Source: Terriglobia bacterium (GTDB lineage: Bacteria > Acidobacteriota > Terriglobia > 2-12-FULL-54-10). Taken from it: 64,000 nt of DNA. This document shows positions 38,266 through 48,348 of the stretch, in pieces. Within the stretch, counting starts at the first letter, position 1. Every line of letters begins with the position of its first letter. The translations under genes and the position numbers were made by a program. The notes below the pieces were generated by a model. It made no database searches and had not been told where the DNA came from. It saw only the letters and a list, made by a program, of their open reading frames with translations. The stretch is taken from assembly GCA_963666975.2 (NCBI GenBank), contig CAXVYR010000004.1:1-64000 (forward strand), given 5' to 3'.

Positions 38266-39576
38266 CTACTTTTTCCCCGCGAGCAGGCTTTTCAAACGGC
38301 CTCCCCAGCTTTGGTTCTGATCCGCGCGCAGCCTCCGGACCTTCTGCCCGGAGAGCAACAATCCGACGAGCGTGGTGTAGTCCAGTTGATCTAAAGACGC
38401 AGGCAGGTCCGCGATCTTCGGCGGCAATCCGAGACGCGCCGGGCAGTCGAAGACCTGCTCGGCCAGATCGCACATTCCATTCAGGCGCGCTCCGCCGCCG
38501 GAAAGAACCACGCCCGCCCCCAGTTGCTGATCCAGATCGTACCGGCGCAGCTCATCCAGCGCAAGGCCCAGCAGCTCCTGCGCCCGCGGTTCCAGAATTT
38601 CCGAAAGCCTGCGGTGAGCCATAAACCGGGAAGGGCGGCCGCCCAGGCTGGGCACCTCAATCGAGGTGCCTTCGTGACTCCAGTCCGCCAGGACCGACCC
38701 GAACATCTTCTTGATCTTCTCCGCCTCCGGCAAAGGGGTGTGCAGACCGACCGCCACGTCGCTGGTGAAGTGGTCGCCTCCGACCGCGACCCCCGCGGAC
38801 ATCCGCAGGCTTCCCTGATGGTAGGCAGCCAGCTCGCAACTGCCTCCGCCGAGATCAACCACCAGCACCCCCAACTCCCGCTCCTCCGGAGCCAGTAGCG
38901 CTTCACCGGCCGCCAGGACTTCCAGCACCACGGCCTCCACCAGAAGCCCGGCGCGATTCGCGGCCGTGACTACGTTGTGGTTCGCGGTCACCGAAGCGCT
39001 GACAATATGGGCCTGGACCTCCAGATGCAAGCCCTTCATTCCAACCGGGTCGTAAATCCCCGGCTCGGAATCCACGCTGAATTCCTGCGGAACCACATGC
39101 AGGATTTCCCGGTCTTCCGGAAGCCGCAGCGGCCGGACGGCTTCCATCACGCGCCACACGTCCTCCCGGGTGACCTCGCGCGCGCGGGAAGAAAACCTCA
39201 GGCTGCCCCGGCCGGACGCACCCTGTATGAAAGGCCCTCCAACCCCCACCACCGCCGACTCCACCGGCACGCCCGCCGCATTCTCGGCTTCCGTCACAGC
39301 CTGTTGAATTGAGCCCACCACTTGGTCCAGGCTTGCAATCGTTCCCCGGTTCCACCCCTGGGAGTCCGCTTCGCCGAAACCGAGAAAACGCAATTGGGAA
39401 GCCTCCCCGGCTATGCTGCTGCCGGGAATGGAAGGCGAGGCTCCCGCAGAGATCGCAGAGTGACTATCTCGCGTGGCGCTGGCATTCTCACCGGGCGGGA
39501 GCATCTCGGCCACCAGCACTCGCGTCTTGGTGCTGCCCAAATCCAGGGATGCCAAATACCGGCTCTTATCGCTCAT
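38266..39576 (-). CDS. ftsA: cell division protein FtsA
   Basis: LDLGSTK, VDLGGGS, GGDHFTSD and GVVLSGGGARL, located before ftsZ. Confidence 0.97.
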   Translation of the reverse strand: MSDKSRYLASLDLGSTKTRVLVAEMLPPGENASATRDSHSAISAGASPSIPGSSIAGEASQLRFLGFGEADSQGWNRGTIASLDQVVGSIQQAVTEAENAAGVPVESAVVGVGGPFIQGASGRGSLRFSSRAREVTREDVWRVMEAVRPLRLPEDREILHVVPQEFSVDSEPGIYDPVGMKGLHLEVQAHIVSASVTANHNVVTAANRAGLLVEAVVLEVLAAGEALLAPEERELGVLVVDLGGGSCELAAYHQGSLRMSAGVAVGGDHFTSDVAVGLHTPLPEAEKIKKMFGSVLADWSHEGTSIEVPSLGGRPSRFMAHRRLSEILEPRAQELLGLALDELRRYDLDQQLGAGVVLSGGGARLNGMCDLAEQVFDCPARLGLPPKIADLPASLDQLDYTTLVGLLLSGQKVRRLRADQNQSWGGRLKSLLAGKK

Positions 39577-40517
39577 AAAGATGCTTCGGATGGAGTTACA
39601 TTGGGACGGGATGCATTGGGGCGAGACTGTTCCGCTGAGGAACCGAAATCCGCCGGGGGCGCGGACCCTCTGGCTGGGTCTGCGTTAATGACGACTTGCC
39701 CTCCGTAGCGGAGGTCGATGGATTGGATGCTCGGGAACTTTTGTTTCCACTCCTGGATGTGGCCGAGGTAAATCCGGTAGCGGGCCAAGAAGTCCTCCTT
39801 ACCTAAATGAAGCAGAATGGCCCCGGCGGAATCAGCCACCACCACGCGGGCATCGCGCGGGTCGCGGAGGTCCACCTCGGAGATTTTTTCGCTGTATGGC
39901 GGATCACCGCTATTCAATTCCTCCATCACCGCCTGAAACAGTTGCATTCGGGAACGCCGCGTTTCGGGAGAATCGTCGCCAGAAATTCCCCGGACCACCG
40001 GAAACGTGAAGACGGCTTTCTGCGGGTAGTCCAGAATGACTCCCTCTTCATCCACCAACGCCATGCCGGCAGGGCTCCAGACAAACGCGACGGGGACCCT
40101 TTCCTGGACCTCAACCCAGAGCCGGTTGGGAAAGATGCGCCCCACTGCGGCGGACCGCACCCAGGGCAACTGCTCGATTTCCCTTCCTCGCTGGCGGAGA
40201 GGAGCCCGCAGAATGCTCTTTCCCCTATCCGCTAAAAACATCTCCTCCATCTGGCTTTGGGCGACAAACTCAGCGCCATGAATCTCAATAGAGGCCAGAT
40301 GAAAGCGGGGGTTATAAAGACCGAACTCCACCGCAGACCAGACCACCCAGACGGTGGCGCTCACCAGCAGGACCGCCAGGAAACCCCTCCAGACACGGCC
40401 AGCCAGGCCCCGGCGGAAGCGGTCCTTGCGGACTTTCACCGGGCGCTGGCGGCGGAGAGAGGCGGACTCTTCCGGCTTGCCGTAATACCGGGCGGTCTCA
40501 AAGCGTCTTTCACTCAT
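39573..40517 (-). CDS. ftsQ: cell division protein FtsQ (POTRA)
   Basis: Single TM, LPWVRSAAVGRIFPNRL.V.V.ER.P and IDLRY. Confidence 0.93.
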   Translation of the reverse strand: MSERRFETARYYGKPEESASLRRQRPVKVRKDRFRRGLAGRVWRGFLAVLLVSATVWVVWSAVEFGLYNPRFHLASIEIHGAEFVAQSQMEEMFLADRGKSILRAPLRQRGREIEQLPWVRSAAVGRIFPNRLWVEVQERVPVAFVWSPAGMALVDEEGVILDYPQKAVFTFPVVRGISGDDSPETRRSRMQLFQAVMEELNSGDPPYSEKISEVDLRDPRDARVVVADSAGAILLHLGKEDFLARYRIYLGHIQEWKQKFPSIQSIDLRYGGQVVINADPARGSAPPADFGSSAEQSRPNASRPNVTPSEASL

Positions 40518-40613
40518 CTTTGATTACTCATCTTTGCTTACTCATCTTGCGTTTACTCTTCTTGCATTTCTCATTTTGCACTCAGCTTGGCGGCGGTCGA
40601 TTTCTCCAGACCC

Positions 40614-41522
40614 TCAATTTCTCCAAACAATGACTTCTTCTTCCAGCTCCACTCCGTAAGCTTCGAGAACGCGCTCTTGAATTTTTTCCATCAAACGAAA
40701 AATGTCGGCGGCGGCAGCCTGATGGCGGTTCACGATGAAGTTGGCATGGCGCTCGCTGATGACCGCCCCTCCCTGGCGCAATCCCTTCATTCCCAACTGG
40801 TCGATCATCTTTCCCGTCGAGAGGCCCGGCGGGTTCTTGAAGATGCATCCCGCGCTCTTTTCCTTGAGCGGCTGCGAGCCGAGTCGCCGCCGGTTCAGCG
40901 CTTTCACCTCCGAGAGAATCGCGGAGTAAGGCTTCTCGGGCAGCTCCAGCGTGACCGACAGCATGACGTCGTCCGGGGCGAAGCCGCTTTGCCGGTAGGC
41001 GAAGCCAGCCGCAGCTGCCGGCAAATCTTCCCGGACTCCCGCCGCCCCCCGGAAGACGGAGACGGACCGGACCAGCGGCCCGATCTCGGTTCCGTAGGCC
41101 CCGGCGTTCATCCGCAGCGCCCCGCCCACCGAACCGGGAACCCCCACCAACCCTTCCATGCCGCCGAGATTCCGTTTGGCGCACTCCATCACCGAGCGGC
41201 CCAAGGCGGACGCAGAAGCGATCCGGACAGTGTGGCCGTTAAATACCAGATCGTGCGGGCCGGGAACTAATTGCAGCACCACTTTCCGCAGCGGCTCGTC
41301 CGGAACCAGCACGTTGGTTCCGCCCCCTAGCAGGGACCAGGAGATTCCGCGCTGCCGGAGCCCTTCCACTAAAGGCTCCAGGGCGTCCACGCGGTGGAGG
41401 AAAAAGAAATCGGCCTCGCCTCCCACGCCGAGCGAGGTGTAGCGCCCCAATCGCTGACGGGGCAGAAAGCGAGCGCCCCAGTCCTCTGCCTGCTTCACGA
41501 ATTCCGCGTCATGAACCATCAT
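40614..41522 (-). CDS. murB: UDP-N-acetylenolpyruvoylglucosamine reductase
   Basis: LGGGTN, PGSVGGAL.MNAGAYG, SAGCIFKNP and HANFIVN. The start is taken at MMVHD. Confidence 0.96.
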   Translation of the reverse strand: MMVHDAEFVKQAEDWGARFLPRQRLGRYTSLGVGGEADFFFLHRVDALEPLVEGLRQRGISWSLLGGGTNVLVPDEPLRKVVLQLVPGPHDLVFNGHTVRIASASALGRSVMECAKRNLGGMEGLVGVPGSVGGALRMNAGAYGTEIGPLVRSVSVFRGAAGVREDLPAAAAGFAYRQSGFAPDDVMLSVTLELPEKPYSAILSEVKALNRRRLGSQPLKEKSAGCIFKNPPGLSTGKMIDQLGMKGLRQGGAVISERHANFIVNRHQAAAADIFRLMEKIQERVLEAYGVELEEEVIVWRN

Positions 41523-41738
41523 GCGAGAACCATCATGCGAGAACCATCGGCCTGCACCAACAGGCTCAAGGTGAGTATCCAGTGTCTGAACAAGCATTCG
41601 CCACAGAGTCACCAAGGCGCAGAGTAGCAACACCGTTGGACAAACCAACCGAAAAGCAGGTTATCCGTGCCAGCCAGGCTCAGCACCTTCTCCGGCGGCA
41701 TTTTCTATTTTCCTCTCCGTGTCTCCATGGCTCCGTGG

Positions 41739-43169
41739 CTAACGGCCCGTTCCGCGAACAACCGGAGCTTCCAGTGATTTACCGGCGCTCTGGCGCAGAT
41801 AATCCAGAAAATTTTCTCCTACTTTCCAGACGCTGCCCGCTCCGAGCGTCAGCAGCAGATCGCCGGGCTGGACGGTTTCAGAAAGCCGCTTCAGCAGATT
41901 ATCACCGGCAGGCAGATACTCCGCCTTGGAGTGGCCCGCTTGGCGCATCCGCTCAACCAACGCTTTGGCCGAGACGCCTTGAATCGGCGGTTCTCCCGCC
42001 GGGTAAATATCCAGAACAAACAGAGAATCACAGTGAGTAAAGCACGCGGCAAAATCATCGAGCAACAGCGCCGTCCGCGAGTACCGATGCGGCTCAAAAA
42101 CCACGATCACGCGGCGGTAATCGCAATCGCTAGCGGCATCGAGCGTGGCGCGAATCTCGGTGGGATGATGCCCATAGTCATCGACCACCGTAATGCCGTT
42201 CACCCTTCCCCTCACCTGGAAGCGGCGCTCCACGCCGCCAAAGGCGGCCAGCCCCTGGCGAATTTTTTCCGGCTCCAGCTTCAATTCAAGCCCCACGGCG
42301 ACGGCAGCCATGGCGTTCAGGACGTTGTGCCGTCCGGGCATTTGCAGGGTAAACAGGCCCATGTCCGCTCCCCGGAATTTCAAACGGAACTGGGAATGGA
42401 AATGTCCGCAGAGAATATCCTCAGCCAATAAATCCGGCGGCGCACCCTCGCGGGCGGCTGTCCCGTAGGTCACCACCCGGCGAGTCGTGTGCGGCAGAAT
42501 GGCGCGGATATTTTCCTCGTCCAGGCACGCGATGGAAGCCCCGTAGAAAGGAACCTGATTGGCAAACTGCGCATACGCCCGGCGAAGCTCCTCGAGCGAT
42601 CCGTAACAATCCAGATGCTCGCGGTCAATTGAGGTGATGACGGCGAGGATCGGAGCCAAGTGCAGAAACGAGCGGTCGCTTTCATCCGACTCCACCACCA
42701 TGAAATCCCCGTTGCCGAGCCTGGCGTTGCTGCCCATGCTGTTCACGCGGCCGCCCACCACCAGGGTGGGGTCCAGCTCCGCTGCCGCCAGCACGGCGGC
42801 CACCATGGAGGTGGTGGTGGTCTTGCCGTGGCTACCCGCTATAGCAATTCCGAATTTCAGGCGCATCAACTCCGCCAGCATTTCTCCCCGCGCAATGACG
42901 GGAATTTGCAGGCGGCGGGCTTCTGCTATTTCCGGGTTGCCGGCCCTGACGGCCGAACTGGTCACCACGGCCTCGGCTCCGTCGACGTGGCTGGAATGAT
43001 GGCCCTCATGGATGCGCGCGCCGAGTTGCTCCAGACGGTCGGTAACCGGAGAGAGCTTCCAATCGGAGCCGGAGACCTCGTAACCGAGATTCAGCAGCAC
43101 CTCGGCGATGCCGCTCATGCCGATGCCTCCAATGCCTATAAAGTGAACGCGCCGGGCCGTAAAGAACAT
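41739..43169 (-). CDS. murC: UDP-N-acetylmuramate-L-alanine ligase
   Basis: HFIGIGGIGMSG, GSHGKTTTT and DDYGHHPTE. Confidence 0.98.
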   Translation of the reverse strand: MFFTARRVHFIGIGGIGMSGIAEVLLNLGYEVSGSDWKLSPVTDRLEQLGARIHEGHHSSHVDGAEAVVTSSAVRAGNPEIAEARRLQIPVIARGEMLAELMRLKFGIAIAGSHGKTTTTSMVAAVLAAAELDPTLVVGGRVNSMGSNARLGNGDFMVVESDESDRSFLHLAPILAVITSIDREHLDCYGSLEELRRAYAQFANQVPFYGASIACLDEENIRAILPHTTRRVVTYGTAAREGAPPDLLAEDILCGHFHSQFRLKFRGADMGLFTLQMPGRHNVLNAMAAVAVGLELKLEPEKIRQGLAAFGGVERRFQVRGRVNGITVVDDYGHHPTEIRATLDAASDCDYRRVIVVFEPHRYSRTALLLDDFAACFTHCDSLFVLDIYPAGEPPIQGVSAKALVERMRQAGHSKAEYLPAGDNLLKRLSETVQPGDLLLTLGAGSVWKVGENFLDYLRQSAGKSLEAPVVRGTGR

Positions 43170-43213
43170 CTCGTCTGCCTAAGCTAGCTCCTTTTTTGCT
43201 AAAAGCAGGTTCA

Positions 43214-43362
43214 TAACCTGTTTTCAGAGATTGTCAGGGCACGGTTTCAACCGTGCCGGAAAACGCTCCAACCTCAGTGGCTTAAGCCGCTGAGGTGCTA
43301 TCCTGAAGGCACGACTAAAGTCGTGCCCTGACGGGACAAAGTTAGTGATGAAACAGTTTGTA
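43214..43362. repeat. composite palindromic REP/MITE-like element between murG and murC
   Basis: GTCAGGGCACG...CGTGCCCTGAC encloses three hairpins. Weak outer IRs are CTGTTTTCA and TGAAACAG. Confidence 0.7.
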
Positions 43363-43379
43363 AACAATCCCATCACCCC

Positions 43380-44465
43380 CTAGCCTCCGCTATGCAGCCG
43401 GGCCAGCCGTTCCAACTCATCCGCAATGCGCGAGGCCGTTTCCGGATGCGCCGTGGAGCGGATGCGCGACTCCATTTGCTCCAGCCGTTCGGGTTCTCCG
43501 AGCAATTCCTGGAGCACTGCGAAAAACCTCTCCCCGGTCAGTTCCCGGTCCGGAATCAGGCGCGCCGCGCCAATGTCGGCAAGAGCCCGTGCATTGCGCA
43601 ACTGATGCTGGTTGGCGGCGCTGGGAAAGGGCACCAGAACCGCAGCCCTGCCCGCCGCAGCCAACTCCGCCAGCGTATTGGCCCCAGCGCGGCAAACCAC
43701 CACATCCGCGCTGGCAAAAGCCTTCGGCATTTCCTCGATATAGGGGAGAACCTCGGCGCAGAGCGAATGTTTTTCATACTCTTGCTTCACTGCATTATAT
43801 TCACTTTGTCCGGTTTGATGCACGAGGAATAGATTCTCCTTGTTCCGGGCCAGCAGCGGCAAGGCTTCCACCGCCGCCCGGTTCAGCGACCGTGCGCCCT
43901 GGCTTCCTCCGAAGATGAGCACCGTAAAGGGCGGGTGATGGCGCTTCGGCTCCGCCGAAAAAAACTCCCGCCGCACAGGGACTCCCACCACCGAGGGCGC
44001 CGCCGAGGCAAAGCAGGAAGCCGTCTGGGGAAAAGCCAGGAAAGCGCTCGTTACATAAGGAGCAGCCCAGCGGTTTGCCAAGCCGGGAAACGCGTTGGGC
44101 TCAAGCGCCGCCAGGGGAATCCCGGCAATGCCCGCGGCCAGCATCACAGGCCCTGCCGCGTATCCTCCGATTCCCAACACCACGTCGGGCTGGAATTTTT
44201 CCTGGAGCCGGGAAGCTTGCCACAAGGCGCGCGGCAGACTGAGAAAATTGAGCAGACGGGTCACAGGCGGCTGCCCTTGCAGCGCGCCGACCTCCACCCA
44301 CTCCAGCGGGAAGCCGGCTGCGGGCACCAGTTTGTTTTCCACTCCCCGGGCCGTGCCGACAAAAAGCACCTGGTGCGACGGGTTGCGCTCGGAAAGTTCC
44401 TGGGCCACTACTAAGGCGGGGATGACATGGCCCCCCGTTCCGCCCGCAGCCAGCAGGAATCTCAT
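43380..44465 (-). CDS. murG: lipid II N-acetylglucosaminyltransferase
   Basis: GGTGGH, GGSQGA and HQ..NA. Confidence 0.98.
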   Translation of the reverse strand: MRFLLAAGGTGGHVIPALVVAQELSERNPSHQVLFVGTARGVENKLVPAAGFPLEWVEVGALQGQPPVTRLLNFLSLPRALWQASRLQEKFQPDVVLGIGGYAAGPVMLAAGIAGIPLAALEPNAFPGLANRWAAPYVTSAFLAFPQTASCFASAAPSVVGVPVRREFFSAEPKRHHPPFTVLIFGGSQGARSLNRAAVEALPLLARNKENLFLVHQTGQSEYNAVKQEYEKHSLCAEVLPYIEEMPKAFASADVVVCRAGANTLAELAAAGRAAVLVPFPSAANQHQLRNARALADIGAARLIPDRELTGERFFAVLQELLGEPERLEQMESRIRSTAHPETASRIADELERLARLHSGG

Positions 44466-44489
44466 AGTTCCGTTTCCATCCGCCTATCG

Positions 44490-45581
44490 TTATTCTGTGT
44501 GTTGGGTAACGTTCAGCAGGATTCCGGTAGCAACCATGCTGAAAAACAGGGAGCTCCCCCCGTAGCTGATAAAAGGCAGCGGGATGCCTTTCGGGGGAAT
44601 CAAACCCAGCACTACGCTTATATTCACAAGGGCCTGGCCCACCACCATGCAGGTTAACCCGGCGGCCAGGTAACGCCCGAAATCATCCGGCGCCAGCAGG
44701 CTCGCGCGCCATCCGCGCCAAAAATACAGGCCGAACAGGCCCAGCAGCAGCGCGGCTCCTCCCAGCCCCAGCTCTTCGGCCGTCACAGAGAAAATAAAAT
44801 CGGTATGCGGAGCCGGCAGAAAAAACAGTTTTTGCTTTCCGTTCATCAAGCCCAACCCGGTCAGCCCGCCGGTCCCCACGGCGATAAAAGATTGGATGAT
44901 TTGAAACCCGCTCCCTTGGGGATCGGCATAGGGATCGAGAAACGCCAGGATGCGGTTGCGGCGGTAGCCGACTTGAAAAATCAAAAGGTAGAGCGCGGGC
45001 AGACTGGCCAGCAACAGATACGCGAAATACCGCAGGTGCAGACCCGCCAGGAAAAACATCACCGCCGCGATCAGCACAATGACAATGGGCGTTCCCAGGT
45101 CCGACTCCCGCAGGATCAAGCCCACCACCAGGCCTACCAAGGCAAGGGCGGGCAATAAGGTGCGGGTAAAATCATTGATGTATTGGCGGCGTTTCTCCAG
45201 AAAGTATGCCAAAAACAAAACCAGCATCAGCTTGGCGAACTCCGACGGTTGCAGTGAAAAAGACCCCCACCGGAGCCACCGGTTGGTTTGTTGATGAGCG
45301 TCGGTCATCAGCACGACAGCCAGCAGCACAAAAGCGAGAAATATGCCGGGGAAAATGACGGACGGGTGCCGCAGGTGACGATAATCGAGACGCATCATCA
45401 GCAGCATCGCCGCCATCCCCAATCCAGCCCATGCCATTTGCCGCCAAAAAAAGGTGGGGGGGCTCCCGTACTGGTCGGTGGCCAGGAGCGCGGAACTGCT
45501 GAAGACCATCACCAACCCGAAGAAAACCAGCGAGAGGGTCACGGTAAACAAAATGCGGTCGGTTGAATAACGCTTGGCCAT
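44490..45581 (-). CDS. ftsW: SEDS peptidoglycan polymerase FtsW
   Basis: QPSEFAK, HTDFIFS and PFISYGGSS. Confidence 0.97.
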   Translation of the reverse strand: MAKRYSTDRILFTVTLSLVFFGLVMVFSSSALLATDQYGSPPTFFWRQMAWAGLGMAAMLLMMRLDYRHLRHPSVIFPGIFLAFVLLAVVLMTDAHQQTNRWLRWGSFSLQPSEFAKLMLVLFLAYFLEKRRQYINDFTRTLLPALALVGLVVGLILRESDLGTPIVIVLIAAVMFFLAGLHLRYFAYLLLASLPALYLLIFQVGYRRNRILAFLDPYADPQGSGFQIIQSFIAVGTGGLTGLGLMNGKQKLFFLPAPHTDFIFSVTAEELGLGGAALLLGLFGLYFWRGWRASLLAPDDFGRYLAAGLTCMVVGQALVNISVVLGLIPPKGIPLPFISYGGSSLFFSMVATGILLNVTQHTE

Positions 45582-45713
45582 CCTTATTTCTTTTTCCTCA
45601 TCCTCTTTCCCCTTTTCTTTTTTCCTTTTCCGCCGTCCTGATGCAGAACCGGATTGCGCGGGCGGCCTGCTGACTAACGCAGCTTTTTATCGCAACTTCT
45701 TAACGTAACGTTT

Positions 45714-46847
45714 TCAACGCAGCTTCAGCGTGGAAAGCGAGAACAACGCCAGCACCAAAGCCGCAATCCAGAAGCGGATGATGACCTTGGACTCGCTCCA
45801 GCCCTTCATCTCAAAGTGGTGATGCAACGGAGCCATATGGAACAGCCGCCGTCCCCACAATTGAAAGGAAGCCACCTGCAAGATCACCGACACAGCTTCG
45901 GCCACAAAGACTCCCGCGATCAGCAGCAGCAAAATCTCCTGCTTGATGATGACGGCCACCGTGCCGATGGCGCCTCCCAGGGCGAGGGAACCCACGTCGC
46001 CCATGAAGATCTCCGCCGGGTGAGAGTTGTACCAGAGGAAACCCATGCAGGCTCCGACCATCGCGCCGCAAAAGACGGTCACCTCCGCCACCTGCGGAAT
46101 GTATTGCAGCTCCAGGTAGCGGGCAAAGACGGCGTGTCCGGTGACGTAGCACAGGACGGTCAGCGCTCCGGCGGCGACGATGCTGCAACCGGCCGCCAGC
46201 CCGTCCAGCCCATCGGTGAGGTTGACGGCGTTGCTGGCCCCGACGACGACCAGCACTACAAACAGGAGGAAGAAACTAAAGGCCAGCGGATAAGTGTACG
46301 GATTTCCCATCAGGCTGTGGATCAGCAGGTCCGGCGTGAAGCTTTTGAAGAACGGCACGCTCAGGTTCGTCAAGTAGTTCCCCCGTATGGTCAAAAAGAC
46401 CAGCCCCATCCCCACCAGAAAACTGATCAGGATTTGCAGATAGAGCTTGGTTCTGCCGGAGAGACCCTGGCTGCGCTGGCGGCGAACCTTGTAGTAGTCG
46501 TCCAGGAATCCTACCAACGCGAACCCCAGCGTGGCCAGGATCACCATCCACACCAGGACATTCGAGAGATTTGCCCACAGCAACGTCGGCACCAGGATAG
46601 CCACGTTGATCAGGACGCCCCCCATGGTCGGGGTCCCGGCCTTATCCTGGTGCGAACGGGGTCCCTCTTCCCGAATGTACTGCCCGATCTGAAATTCCTT
46701 CAGGCGCGCGATGAGCCAGGGACCTACCACCAGGCAAATCAGCAGAGCCGTCATGCTGGCGAAGGCAGTCCGGAAGGTCACGTACCGAAAGACACGGAAC
46801 GGCGTGAAATAAGGGAAAAGCTGCTCGAAAAAAAGATAGTAAAGCAC
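45714..46847 (-). CDS. mraY: phospho-N-acetylmuramoyl-pentapeptide transferase
   Basis: GTPTMGG, NAVNLTDGLDGL, FMGDVGS and APLHHHFE, with a GTG start at 46847. Confidence 0.98.
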   Translation of the reverse strand: MLYYLFFEQLFPYFTPFRVFRYVTFRTAFASMTALLICLVVGPWLIARLKEFQIGQYIREEGPRSHQDKAGTPTMGGVLINVAILVPTLLWANLSNVLVWMVILATLGFALVGFLDDYYKVRRQRSQGLSGRTKLYLQILISFLVGMGLVFLTIRGNYLTNLSVPFFKSFTPDLLIHSLMGNPYTYPLAFSFFLLFVVLVVVGASNAVNLTDGLDGLAAGCSIVAAGALTVLCYVTGHAVFARYLELQYIPQVAEVTVFCGAMVGACMGFLWYNSHPAEIFMGDVGSLALGGAIGTVAVIIKQEILLLLIAGVFVAEAVSVILQVASFQLWGRRLFHMAPLHHHFEMKGWSESKVIIRFWIAALVLALFSLSTLKLR

Positions 46848-46864
46848 TGGATCGCACCTAATTG

Positions 46865-48340
46865 TTAACGCCGGGGCAAAGTGTTCCTTTGCCAGACCTC
46901 CCACACTCTTTCCAGATGCACCGCCCGCGAAGCCTTCAACAACACCGCATCTCCCTCCCGCCATCGGTCCTGTAACTCTTGCGCCGCTTCTTCGGCGGAA
47001 TCAAAATGAGCCAGAGCTTCCGGACGCAGCCCGGCCGCTCGCGCACCGTCGGCAAAAGGCCGCGCGCCGTCGCCGACCGTAAAGAGACCGTCAAAGGAAA
47101 GCTCGCCCAGCCGCTGGCCACAGCGATAATGCAGCGTCTCAGCAGACGGACCTAACTCCCGCATCTCCCCCAGAACCGCAAAGCGCCGCCGGGCGTCGAG
47201 CGAGGCGACGGAAACCAGCATCGCCTCGAGCGCTTCCGGGTTGGAGTTGTAGCAATCGTTCACCACTATCGCCCCGTTCGCCAGCCGAACTATCTCGCCG
47301 CGCATGGGAGAGGGCCGCAAGGATTGGACGGCTTCCCGCAAGGATGCCGGCGGCAGGCCGAAGCAATAACAGGCAGCCAGAGCGGCCAGCAGATTGAGCA
47401 CATTGTGCCGTCCGAGCAAAGGCAGGTGAAAGGGCTCAGCGGAAGACTCCTCCGGCGCCGTGGCTCGGGACGGCGTTTTTTCTTTCCAGGCCAAACCCGG
47501 AGGCACAGCCTGAAACGGCTTTGCCGGCACAGTGAACCGAAATCCTCCGCTGCCGTTTCGTTCCAGGTCCTGCGCCTGGAAATGGGCTGGCCCCGAAAAG
47601 CCGAAGTAAAGGACACGGCCTGGAAGCCGTTCGCCGAAAGAGCAAACCCGTGGGTCCTCCGCGTTGAGAACGGCCCATGCATGGAACCCGAGCGCCTCAA
47701 TCAACTCGAGCTTGGCGCGAGCAATGGCCTCGACATCCGGGAAAAACTCCAGGTGAACGGCGCTGACGTTGGTCACGACCCCCACGTCGGGAGCCGCCAG
47801 CCCTGCCAGCAACCGAATCTCGCCGGGGCCGGACATGCCCATCTCAAAAACGCCCACCTCGGTTTCCGGTTGCAGGCGCAGCAGCGAAAGCGGCAGACCA
47901 AAGTGGTTGTTGAGGTTCCCCTCGCTGGCCAGCACTCGAAAGCGCGTGCCGAGCAGCGAGGCGATCATCTGCTTGGTAATGGTCTTCCCGGCGCTGCCCG
48001 TCACGGCCACCAGCGGCCCTCCCCAACGGCGGCGCACTGCTGCTGCCAGCCTTTGCAGCGCTTCCAGAGGATTCTGCACCCCGAGTAGTTTCGCCTGGCT
48101 GCCGGCCGGGAAATCCTTGCGGCGGGAGAAGTCGACCACCGCGCCTGCGGCCCCGGCTGCCAGCGCTGCCGAAACAAAAGCATGGCCGTCCAACCTTTGT
48201 CCTGGAACGGCGAAAAACAGCTCCCCCGGCTGAATCGTCCGCGAGTCGATGGAATAACCCGTCGCCCGCAAATTTGGCTGTGAGGGCGGCGCTGTCTCCA
48301 TCATCATCATCCGGGCAATTTCACCGAAGCTGAGTTCCAT
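46865..48340 (-). CDS. murF: UDP-MurNAc-tripeptide D-Ala-D-Ala ligase
   Basis: DSR, TGSAGKT, GNLNN..G.P, DCYNSNP and KASR. Confidence 0.97.
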   Translation of the reverse strand: MELSFGEIARMMMMETAPPSQPNLRATGYSIDSRTIQPGELFFAVPGQRLDGHAFVSAALAAGAAGAVVDFSRRKDFPAGSQAKLLGVQNPLEALQRLAAAVRRRWGGPLVAVTGSAGKTITKQMIASLLGTRFRVLASEGNLNNHFGLPLSLLRLQPETEVGVFEMGMSGPGEIRLLAGLAAPDVGVVTNVSAVHLEFFPDVEAIARAKLELIEALGFHAWAVLNAEDPRVCSFGERLPGRVLYFGFSGPAHFQAQDLERNGSGGFRFTVPAKPFQAVPPGLAWKEKTPSRATAPEESSAEPFHLPLLGRHNVLNLLAALAACYCFGLPPASLREAVQSLRPSPMRGEIVRLANGAIVVNDCYNSNPEALEAMLVSVASLDARRRFAVLGEMRELGPSAETLHYRCGQRLGELSFDGLFTVGDGARPFADGARAAGLRPEALAHFDSAEEAAQELQDRWREGDAVLLKASRAVHLERVWEVWQRNTLPRR

Positions 48341-48348
48341 GGACGCTT

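Noticed and set aside
37146-38624. Long antisense ORFs (also 3978-5135, 29037-30356, 45816-46868, 48364-49890, 55567-56643, 62402-63373)
   Set aside because: Shadow frames of well-identified genes, expected in high-GC DNA, with no motifs of their own.
39400-39500. About 30-aa Ser/Ala/Pro insertion near the FtsA N-terminus
   Set aside because: A low-complexity loop in an otherwise normal FtsA, with no intein or domain signature.
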